In this document: one piece after another, positions 23,505-32,000 of the stretch
Layout of the letters: the number at the start of each line of letters is the position of its first letter
How positions within the stretch are numbered: position 1 is the first letter of the stretch
DNA from: Candidatus Saccharimonadota bacterium
GTDB lineage: Bacteria > Bacillota_I > Bacilli_A > Mycoplasmatales > Hepatoplasmataceae
Reading direction: 5' to 3'
Length of the DNA stretch: 32,000 nucleotides
Assembly (NCBI RefSeq): GCF_000582535.1
Contig: NZ_CP006932.1
Coordinates: 90,001-122,000, forward strand
Notes under the pieces: model-generated
Database searches by the model: none
Told to the model about the DNA's origin: nothing
What the model saw: the letters and a program-made list of their open reading frames with translations, nothing else
Position numbers and translations under genes: made by a program

Positions 23505-23577
23505 GAATTATATTATATCTCTTAAAGATATAATATAAAACAATAATTAATGATATTTATTTCGTATTTATTAAAAT

Positions 23578-23585
23578 TGTATAAT
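23578..23585 (+). promoter_or_regulatory. extended -10 (TGTATAAT) upstream of gatC
   Basis: tgtataat ends 9 nt before the gatC ATG at 23595. This implies a leaderless or near-leaderless gatCAB transcript. Confidence 0.4.
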
Positions 23586-23594
23586 TTATTTATT

Positions 23595-23891
23595 ATGAAT
23601 ATTTCAAGTGAGATAAAAAATCTAGAAGAACTAGCGATGATAAAATTATCTAATCAGGAAAAGAAAAAATTTATTGAAGATTTATCAGTTTTTAAAAAAT
23701 CTTTAATTGCTTTTGAGGAAATTATTGATTTTAATAAAAAATTTGCAAATAGAGAGTTTATTAATGAAATTAATGTAAGTGATCTAAGAGATGATATTGA
23801 AGAAAATTTATCAGAAGAAGATTTAAAAATTTTATATGAAAATTCAAAAAATTTTAAGAGTAATTTGTTTGTAATTAAAAAGAAAGATTAA
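23595..23891 (+). CDS. gatC: Asp-tRNA(Asn)/Glu-tRNA(Gln) amidotransferase subunit C
   Basis: It is small and acidic, with ELAMIKLSNQEKKKFIEDL....LRDD. It sits immediately upstream of gatA and gatB. I prefer the ATG at 23595 over the listed 23550 start. Confidence 0.75.
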   Translation: MNISSEIKNLEELAMIKLSNQEKKKFIEDLSVFKKSLIAFEEIIDFNKKFANREFINEINVSDLRDDIEENLSEEDLKILYENSKNFKSNLFVIKKKD

Positions 23892-23892
23892 A

Positions 23893-25275
23893 ATGAAAAG
23901 TATTTTTGATGAAGAAAATTGAAAAAAAATAAATTTTTTAAATTATGCAAAAGAAATTAATAAAAAATTTTTAAAAGAAGGACCTATTCTATTTGTTTTT
24001 GATTTTAATAATTTTGAAATATCAAAAAAAGGTAAATTAAGTAATATCCCTTTTGCAATTAAAGATAATTATTCAATTAAAAATGTTAATACAACAGCCG
24101 GAACAATTTTACTTGATAATTTTAGACCTGTTAATTTTTCTACAGTTTTTAAAAAATTATTATCAGAAGGTTCAATTCCTTTATTCAAAGCAAATCTTGA
24201 TGAACTTGCAATGGGTTGATCGGGAATGACATCACATTATAAAGGAGTTAATAATCCTTTTGATAAAAATCTAATTATTGGAGGATCTTCTTCAGGTTCT
24301 GCATATCTAGTTGCAAAAGATATTGTTCCTTTTTCATTAGGTTCTGATACTGGTGATTCTGTGCGTAAACCTGCCGTTTATGGAAATGTAATTGGATTTA
24401 AACCAACTTGAGGTCTTGTTTCTAGATATGGTTTATTTGATTTTGCTCCTAGTTGAGATACTGTTGGATGGTTTACAAAAACAATTGAACAATCAGCATT
24501 ACTTTTAGATATTTTAAAAGGATATGATTCAAAAGATCAAACAAGTAAGAAAATAGATCAAAAATTTTCCTACTTTAAAAATTTAGATAAAGATAAAAAA
24601 AATCTTATAGTTGGTTATTTTCCTGAAATATTAAATGAAATTAAAAATCAAAAAATAAAAGAAACTTATATTTTATTTTTAAATAAATATAAGCAGAAAG
24701 GTTATAAACTTAAAAATTTAAAAGCCAATTTTGAATTGTTATCACTTATTTCAATTGTTTATGATGTTGTATCTTCTACTGAAGCTTTATCATGTAATTC
24801 TAATTTACAAGGATTTTTATTTGGTAATGGATACGATCAAAATAAAAACTATTTAGATGCAATTAAAAAAGCACGTGGAGATAATTTTGTTTATGAAGTT
24901 AAAAAAAGATTTTTATTTGCTGCATATTCAATTTCAAAACATGAAAAAATTTATAATCAAGCAAGAAGAATAAGACATTTAATAAATAAAGAGTTGGATA
25001 AAATTTTTGAACAAGTTGATGCCTTAGTTCTTCCTGCAGTAATGGATTTTGCGCCCAATAAAAAAACAGCACAGCAAAATAGAATAAAAAATTCACGAAC
25101 ATTAGCAGATAATTTTTTAACTTTATTTAATAGTAATGGTTCTCCATCTTTGAGTTTTCCAATTACAAATGAAAAATCTGAATCTGTTTTTATAAATATT
25201 GCAACAAAACCTAATGATGATTTGAATTGCTTTAGAATAGCAAAAATTTTTGAAAGATTAAAAGATGAAAAATAA
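23893..25275 (+). CDS. gatA: Asp-tRNA(Asn)/Glu-tRNA(Gln) amidotransferase subunit A (amidase signature family)
   Basis: Three same-frame pieces join at TGA. Motifs are PFAIKDN (catalytic Lys), [12 protein letters not shown] and [12 protein letters not shown] (Ser-cisSer-Lys triad). Confidence 0.92.
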
Positions 25276-26722
25276 TTTTATTATTGATGATAATTATATT
25301 ATCACTTTTGGTGTTGAAATCCACGCCCAATTAAAAACAAAAACAAAAGCATTTTCTCCTTCCAAAAACGATTTAAATGCAAAAGAAAATACAAATATTA
25401 ATGCAATAGATTTAGGTTATCCAGGTGAAAAACCATTAGTTAATAAAAAAATGATTGAATTTGGTTATCGAATTGCAAAAGTTTTAAATACAAAAATAGC
25501 AAAGCAAATTTCTTTTGATCGGAAAAATTATCATTATCCTGATCTAGCAAAAGGATTTCAAATTACACAATATTATCAACCTATTGGTGTAAAAGGAAAA
25601 TTTACAATTATTGATCAAAAAGGAAATAAAAAAGATATTGTTATATCTGATGTTCATTTAGAAGAAGATACTGCAAAAAAAATTGATTTAAATAACGGTT
25701 TTGTTGGATATGACTTTAATCGTGCCGGAATCCCTCTTATTGAAATTGTTAGTGATCATAAAAATTTTAAAACAATTGAGGATGTTTTAAATTATGTAAA
25801 ACAAATTGCAAATCAATTAATTTTTATTGAAGTTAATGATGGAAAATTATTTAAGGGTTCTTTTAGAGTTGATGTAAATATTTCTATTCGTAATAAGAAT
25901 GATAAAAAATTAGGAACAAGAGTTGAATTAAAGAATTTAAATTCTTTTAATAATATAAAATTAGCTCTCGAAACAGAAATAAGTGATCAAATTGTAAAAA
26001 TTAAAAATGGAGAAAAAGTTTTAAAAGTTACAAAAAAATTTGATGAAAAAAGTGGGAAAACAATTTTTATTAGAAAAAAAACATCACTAAAAGAATATAA
26101 TTATATTCCTGAATATAATATTCCAATTATTAATTTAGATAAGAAATCACTAGATAAATTTGATCAATTTAAAATTATTGATACACAATTATTAAGAAAG
26201 AAATTTATTGATAAAAAATATTTGGAAAACGAAATAGATTTTATATTATCTTCACCAAAGATATATAATCTTTATCAAGATTTATTAAATTCTAAAATTG
26301 ATGAAAAAAAAATTTTATCATTTCTTACAACAAATTTACAAGGACAATTTAATTTATTAAAAATAGATCCTTTAGAATTTAAATTAGAATCAAAAATTAT
26401 TTCGCAAATTTTGAAATTACATATCGAAAATAAAATCACAACAACAAAATTAAATCAGTTTATTAATAATTTATTTTTAAATAAAGATATTACAAAAGAG
26501 TTATTTTTTTTTCAAAAGCAAATTCAATTTTCTGAAAAAGAATTAGAAAAATTAATTGTAGATATCATTAATAACAATCAAGAATTAGCTGATCAATATA
26601 CTAATCGTCCCGAAAGGGTTGAAAAATTTATAATTGGTCAATTAATGAAAATATCAAAAGGAAAGGCCAATCCAAAATTAGCAACAAAATTAATTAAGGA
26701 TTATTTTTTAAAAAATGAGTAG
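25265..26722 (+). CDS. gatB: Asp-tRNA(Asn)/Glu-tRNA(Gln) amidotransferase subunit B
   Basis: FGVEIHAQL, GYPGEKP, FDRKNYHYPDLAKGFQITQ, HLEEDTAK, NRAGIPLIEIVS, RVDVNIS and the C-terminal YqeY-like tail (GQLMKISKGKANP) are present. Confidence 0.93.
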   Translation: MKNNFIIDDNYIITFGVEIHAQLKTKTKAFSPSKNDLNAKENTNINAIDLGYPGEKPLVNKKMIEFGYRIAKVLNTKIAKQISFDRKNYHYPDLAKGFQITQYYQPIGVKGKFTIIDQKGNKKDIVISDVHLEEDTAKKIDLNNGFVGYDFNRAGIPLIEIVSDHKNFKTIEDVLNYVKQIANQLIFIEVNDGKLFKGSFRVDVNISIRNKNDKKLGTRVELKNLNSFNNIKLALETEISDQIVKIKNGEKVLKVTKKFDEKSGKTIFIRKKTSLKEYNYIPEYNIPIINLDKKSLDKFDQFKIIDTQLLRKKFIDKKYLENEIDFILSSPKIYNLYQDLLNSKIDEKKILSFLTTNLQGQFNLLKIDPLEFKLESKIISQILKLHIENKITTTKLNQFINNLFLNKDITKELFFFQKQIQFSEKELEKLIVDIINNNQELADQYTNRPERVEKFIIGQLMKISKGKANPKLATKLIKDYFLKNE

Positions 26723-28097
26723 TTTAAAATATAAAATAATTGGATTATTGTTATTTATAATAGTAATTTTTATTTTTGTTTGAGAATGAGGATGAACAAT
26801 TTCTTTATTTTTTGCTTTAGTTTTAATTTATGTTCTTTTTTCTAAAAAGGGAGGATCAATTTTCGATGCTTTTAAAATGTTTAAAGCAGAACAAAAGGAA
26901 TTAAAAATAGAACAAAAAGAAGAAGATCAAGAACAACTTATTCAAACTTCATTGAACGATTTTAAACCAAAAAAGGGAGCTAAAATAGCAGTTGCTCTTT
27001 CAGGAGGGGTAGACTCTGCTACATCTGCTTATCTTTTAAAAAAAGAAGGATATGAATTAAAAGCATTCTTTATGGTTAATTGAGATTCTGCAATAAATTC
27101 TGAACTTAATTATATTCTTACAGATGATGAAGTTTGTCAACAAACAAAAGATTATTTAGATGCTAAAAAAGTTGCTGATTTTTTAGGAATAGAGCTTATA
27201 AGAATAAATTTTATTAAACAATATTGAGATTTAGTTTTTCAAAAATTTCTTAAAGAAATTAAAATGGGGATTACTCCTAATCCTGATATTTTTTGTAATA
27301 AATATATAAAATTTAAAGAATTTACTGATTATATTTTCAAAAATTATCCAGAATTAGAATATGTTTCAACCGGTCATTATGCATCAATAAAGACAAAAGA
27401 TGATGATTATTTTTTAGGACAAGCAATCGATGAATTTAAAGATCAAACTTATTTTCTTTCAGAAATTGATAAAAAAATATTAAATAAAATTTATTTTCCA
27501 CTTGCTAATTTAAAAAAAAGTGAAGTAAGAAAAATTGCAATAAAAGCAAATTTACCAACAGCAACAAAAAAGGATTCAACAGGAATATGTTTCATAGGGA
27601 AAAGAAATTTTCCTGATTTTATTGCTAATTATTTAAAAGACAAACCAGGAAAAATTATTGATCAAAAAACAAACAAAGTTATAGGAAAACATCGGGGAGT
27701 TTTATTTTATACATTGGGACAAAGAAGGGGACTTAATTTAAGCGGAAATAAAGAACCTTATTTTGTGAGTAAAAAAGATGTTAAAAAAAATATATTATAT
27801 GTAGCAACAGAAAAAAATCCAGAATTTCTATATTCAAATTATATTGAAACAGAAAATTTTAATTTATTAGCACCATTAGAATTATTAAAAGATTTTGTTT
27901 GAATTAAAACAAGACATTCTGAAATTCAATATGAAGCAGAAATATTAAATGTTAAAAATACAAAAAATAAATTGAAAATTACTATTAAAACAAAGGAAGA
28001 TATTAAAGCGGTTACTCCAGGACAAGAAGTTGTAATTTATAAACACAAATTATGTCTTGGAGGAGGGCAAATAACTAAAAATGAATTTAAAATTTAA
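26715..28097 (+). CDS. mnmA: tRNA 2-thiouridine(34) synthase MnmA. The frame is continuous with an upstream segment of about 55 aa containing two TM helices. An alternative start is ATG 26877
   Basis: The PP-loop is IAVALSGGVDSATSA. The catalytic Cys motif is TPNPDIFCN. ATGHYA-like STGHYAS, DQTYFL and GICFIG are present. Pieces 26877.., 27264.. and the tail share one frame, joined at TGA. The same frame is open back to ATG 26715, which overlaps the gatB stop by 8 nt. Confidence 0.85.
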
Positions 28098-28995
28098 AAA
28101 TATTATCTATCCTCTTTCAATCTTTTTATTAACTTTCTTTTTTTATTTTTTCTTTATTTTATTTGTTTCATTACCATTTTCAAGTCTTACTATTTTAGAT
28201 TTAAATATTGCTCAATCTTGAATTTTTTGACTTTCTTTTTTCATTTTATATTCTTTTTTAATTTTTACAATTTTATATTTTGATTCAAAGAAAAATGAAA
28301 GTAAAGATTATTCGATATATTTTAAGTTAGTTTTTGTATTTATATTTATAAATGCTTTCTTAGCTTTGCTTCCAATGCTTATTTTTATAAGTCTTACAAA
28401 TTATGAAAAAGGAGTTTTTAATAATACTATTTGAATTTCTTTTATTATATTTATATATTTTTTAATTATTTGATTTTCTTTAGTTTTTTATTTTAATTTA
28501 ATTATTTCAATAGGTTTAAAAGAAGATAAAATATTGCAAATAATAAATCATAATATTTGATTTTTTATTTTCCATAATTTATCTTTTAATAAAAAAGATA
28601 AATATTTATATGAAATCAAATTTAAAAAGGCAAATATAGTTTTTGGTTGTTATTTTATTGATGAAATAAAAAAAATTAACAAAATTCAATTTTCTGATCA
28701 AGTTAAATTTTTAAAAAAAGAACAAAGCGATGAAAAAATATATGATTTATTTAATGATATTTCAGATCAAAAAATTGAGAATCAAAAAGAAGAAATAAGA
28801 AGTATTGAATCTGATCAAATTGCAAAAATTAGTATTGATTATTTAAAAGAAAATCAAAGTAATTATTTTATATATTTGAATAATAATTTTGAAAATTTAA
28901 TTACACAAGGTAAAGTTCCAGAAAAAGTTATAATTATTAATGAAAAAAATTTTCTAAATCAATTTAGAAGACTTTTAAAAAAGGTAAAAAAATAA
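28081..28995 (+). CDS. hypothetical polytopic membrane protein with a soluble C-terminal domain
   Basis: ATG at 28081 overlaps the mnmA end by 17 nt. Four to five hydrophobic helices contain several TGA-encoded Trp, followed by a charged domain of about 150 aa. TAA at 28993-28995 abuts the next ATG. The gene is absent from the ORF track because of TGAs. Confidence 0.55.
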
Positions 28996-29835
28996 ATGTT
29001 TAATAATATTGAAGTTATTTTTATAGATCTTGATAAAACACTTACAACAAGAAAAAAGAAATATGATGTTTCTTTAGATAATAGATTACAAATCAAAAAT
29101 TTACAAAAAAGAAAAATATGAACAGTAATTGCAACAGGTAGATCAAGAGAAGATATTGTAAGAATTTGAAATCAAATTCATCTTAATAAATATTCTGATT
29201 TTGTAATATATTCAAATGGAGCAATAATTGAAAATTTTGATCGAAAAATTATTATTCATCAAAAAAAAATATCTTTTTCAGATATTTTAATTTTTTTAAA
29301 ATATCTTAGAGAAAATCATCCAAATTGAATTTTTAGGTTTGCAGATTCTAGTTATTTTTATTCTTTTAGCAAAAAAACATATAAACAAAAAATTTTTTCA
29401 AAATTAATTAATGATTTTGAATTGAGAAAATTTTCTTTAGATGAATTTAATAAATTTAAAAATTTTGAAACTTCAAAAATTGGAATTATAGGGTCACTTA
29501 GCAAAAAAAGATCAAAAAAAATTATTGATGAACTAGAAGAAAAATTTCCACAATTTAAAATTGTAATTTCAGGATTTGGAATTTATATTGAGTTAACTGC
29601 AGAGGGAGTAACAAAGGGATCTGCAGCAATAGTCCTTGCTGACTATTTAAAATTTAATTTAAATAATTCAATTGCAATCGGTGATTCTTTAAATGATAAA
29701 TCTCTTTTTGAAATAGTTGGTTATCCAGTTGCGATGAAAAATTCTAATAAAGAACTTTTAAAAATAGCAAAATTTACAACAAAAACAGCGAAAAAAAACG
29801 GTGTTGCAAAAGTTATTAATGATATAAATATTTAA
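28996..29835 (+). CDS. Cof-type HAD-IIB family phosphatase
   Basis: Motif I is VIFIDLDKTLT. ATGRS, TKGSA and GDSLNDKSLFE (motif IV) are also present. Listed ORF 29422..29835 is the 3' piece of the same frame. Confidence 0.8.
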
Positions 29836-29851
29836 TTTTAGGAGTTATACT

Positions 29852-30247
29852 ATGTTTGAAAAATTACAAAAATTGCTAAAAAATTCATATTCACCATATT
29901 CAAATTTTAAAGTAGCAGCAATTATTAAAACAAAAAATGGAAAAGAATATAAGGGTGTAAATATTGAATCCGCCGCTTTTTCAAATACAATTTGTGCAGA
30001 AAGAAATGCAATTTTTAATGCAATTACAGAGGGAGTAATATGAGGAGATATTAGAGAAATTCATTTATTATCAAAATCAAACAATAATAGTAATGAATTC
30101 ACTACTCCTTGTGGTAGTTGTAGACAAGTAATAAATGAATCTTCTAACAATAAAGCAATTGTTTATATTTATAACTTTAAAAAGGAAATAAAAAAATTTA
30201 CAATTAATCAATTATTACCTTATAGTTTTAAATCAAAAGATTTTTAA
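29852..30247 (+). CDS. cdd: cytidine deaminase
   Basis: AGGAG at 29840-29844 lies 7 nt before the ATG. SYSPYSNFKVAA, CAERNA and TPCGSCRQ (Zn ligands) are present. The ORF continues through TGA 30041-30043 to TAA at 30245-30247. Confidence 0.9.
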
Positions 30248-30748
30248 TTAGTAATTTGTATTTTGTCTTACAAAATTTATTTCATTTTTTAATTGATAAG
30301 AATCAAATATTTTTTCAATTTTAAAATTATAAATAATTCCTATTTCAAGAACTTTTATAATAATTTCTTTTAGGATTTTCTTATCTTTATTTTTCTGTAA
30401 TATTGTAATTAAATTTATTATTTCAAGAAAAATTAATTCAATTTTTTTATTTTCTGTTGAAATTTCTAATTTTCAATCATTATAATTAAGATTATTTGCA
30501 ATTGAAATTAAAAAATGAATTATATCAACAAACTCATCTAAAATAATTTCATCTGCACTTTTTTCTTTTTTTGATCAATATTTAAAAAATTTTAATTCAT
30601 TTGCAAATTCTCCCAATTCTACAAAAAGAGCAATAATTTTTTTATCAAAAATTTCTTCATTTTCTTCTAAATTATTTCTTTCAAGAATATATTTATCTAA
30701 TATTTTTTGTTTTTCAGAAATATTTCTAAGATCGATCTTCATTTTCAT
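30248..30748 (-). CDS. all-alpha NTP pyrophosphohydrolase, dimeric (type 2) dUTPase-like
   Basis: The reverse-strand translation is MKMKIDLRNISEKQKILDKYI...ALFVELGEFANELKFFKYWSKKEKSADEIILDEFVDIIHFLISIANNL.... This matches the ExxELANE..FKxW....EExxDxxHF pattern of the dUTPase_2 / MazG-like superfamily. It sits among cdd, tdk and thyA. Three in-frame TGAs hid it from the ORF track. Confidence 0.45.
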
Positions 30749-30853
30749 AATTTAATAATATCATTAATAATTTTTTAAATTATTAAAGTTTATTTTTTAA
30801 TTTAAAATTGATAAAATCTATTTATTAAAGTTAAAGGAAATATTTGTAAAAAA

Positions 30854-31477
30854 TTGAAAGCAAATTCAAATTTATATCTTTATTATGGTCCGATGTTTTC
30901 GGGAAAGTCAAAAAAATTAATTGAAGTTTATAATTCACTTAAGGAAAAAAAGATTATTTTCAAACCAAAAATTGATACTAGGGGGAAAAATTTTGTAATT
31001 TCCCGGGATGGAGGTAAGGTTGAGGCAATTCCTTTAAAAAATATTAAAGAGGTTTATAAATATTTAGAAAATATAGATATAGAAGATATTTTTTTTGATG
31101 AAATGTTTATGTTAGAGGGGGATATAAATATTGTTATAGATGATTTATTATTAAAAAATTATCGTCTTCATATTGCCTCTTTAGAAAAAAATTATTTGGG
31201 AAATGATTTTTTAGAAATCAAAAAATTAATAAAAAAATCACCAGAGTATAATAGACATCATTTATTTGCTCGTTGTCATATTTGTAATATGCCTTCTGCT
31301 TGAACAGTAAGATTAATTAATAATCATCTTGATAATGATAAATCTCCTGAGATTATAGTAGATGATCAGGAAGATCAAATAATTTATGAGAGTAGATGTG
31401 ATGAACATAGATTCACAGAAAAAATATTAAATCAAGAAGTAAAAATATATGAGGATTCGGAAATATTTTATAAATAA
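30854..31477 (+). CDS. tdk: thymidine kinase
   Basis: TTG start. [10 protein letters not shown] is the P-loop, FFDEMFML is Walker B-like, and the Zn ribbon is [16 protein letters not shown]....ESRCDEH. The ORF joins through TGA at 31301-31303. Confidence 0.9.
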
Positions 31478-32000
31478 TGAAACAATATTTAGATTTATTA
31501 CAAAAAGTATTAAAAGAAGGAAATAAAAAAGAAGATCGTACAGGAGTAGGTACGATATCTTATTTTGCAACACAAACAAGATATAATTTAGAAAATAATT
31601 TACCAATAATTACAACAAAGGAAGTTAATTTTAAAGCAATTTTGCATGAGTTATTATGATTTATTAAGGGAGATACAAATATTAGATATCTTGTTTTAAA
31701 TGATGTCTCAATTTGAAATGATTGACCATATCAAAATTTTAAAAATAGTAAAGATTATAAAAATGAAACAATGAGTGATTTTGTAAATTTAATTAAAAAG
31801 GATCTTAATTTTGCAAAAAAATATGGAAATTTAGGACCAGTTTATGGAAAACAATGAAGAGATTTTGATGGCAAAGATCAATTAAAGGAAGCTTTAAAAT
31901 TATTAAAAGAGAATCCAAATTCACGAAGAATAATTATTTCAGCATGAAATCCTAATGATGTAGATAAAATGCTTCTTCCTCCTTGTCATGCTTTTTTTCA
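31477..32000 (+). CDS. thyA: thymidylate synthase ThyA (3' end outside the window)
   Basis: A TAATG overlap links it to the tdk stop. [11 protein letters not shown]....[32 protein letters not shown] (W = TGA at 31855-31857), [11 protein letters not shown] and LPPCHAFF are present. Confidence 0.93.

Noticed and set aside
26849-26855. A GGGAGGA Shine-Dalgarno-like string inside the mnmA upstream extension, considered as evidence for a downstream start.
   Set aside because: The nearest in-frame ATG (26877) is about 22 nt away, which is too far. The closer ATG (26866) is out of frame. The string also simply encodes K-G-G-S in the continuous frame.

Overview
The window is a gene-dense core chromosomal segment from a very AT-rich Mollicutes-type genome that reads TGA as Trp (genetic code 4). 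Nearly every conserved protein in the six-frame track is broken only at TGA. Each rejoins in frame into a full-length homologue: der from 4 pieces, gatA from 3, and recA, mnmA, RNase J, tdk, cdd and others likewise. I re-derived gene boundaries on that basis.

Gene content, left to right:
- valS (3' end), rluD-like, an RNase J paralogue, an FtsK/SpoIIIE-like gene split at an A11 run, and thioredoxin
- a tail-anchored hypothetical, cmk, der, gpsA, hup, and a YugP-type Zn-peptidase
- a DnaD-like gene, recU (-), RNase P RNA, and a membrane hypothetical
- pgsA, a small membrane ORF, cinA/pncC, recA and ymdB
- one complete rrn operon (16S-23S-5S, no spacer tRNA)
- a TM-anchored GIY-YIG nuclease and a Tyr-rich surface protein
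- a CorC/TlyC-type CBS protein (-), gatCAB, mnmA with an N-terminal TM extension, a polytopic membrane protein, and a Cof-type HAD phosphatase
- cdd, a dimeric-dUTPase-like gene (-), tdk, and thyA (5' part)

Gene order repeatedly mirrors Bacillus blocks as I recall them: rnjB..spoIIIE, cmk..der-gpsA..hbs, dnaD..recU, pgsA-cinA-recA..ymdB.

I found no CRISPR array, transposase, integrase, prophage or recognisable defence system, so this is an ordinary housekeeping region and I cannot support a discrete novel multi-gene system.

The most unusual items are:
1. Two adjacent full-length homologues whose catalytic motifs are all substituted: RNase J without its His/Asp metal ligands, and FtsK without Walker A, Walker B or the Arg finger.
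2. An A11 homopolymer that separates the FtsK-like motor from its only usable start codon.
3. A two-gene accessory-looking module just 3' of the rrn terminator: a membrane-tethered homing-endonuclease-type GIY-YIG domain plus a Tyr-rich type II surface protein.
4. An MnmA reading frame that is continuous with two upstream TM helices.

All homology calls come from motif recognition by eye. No database search was run.
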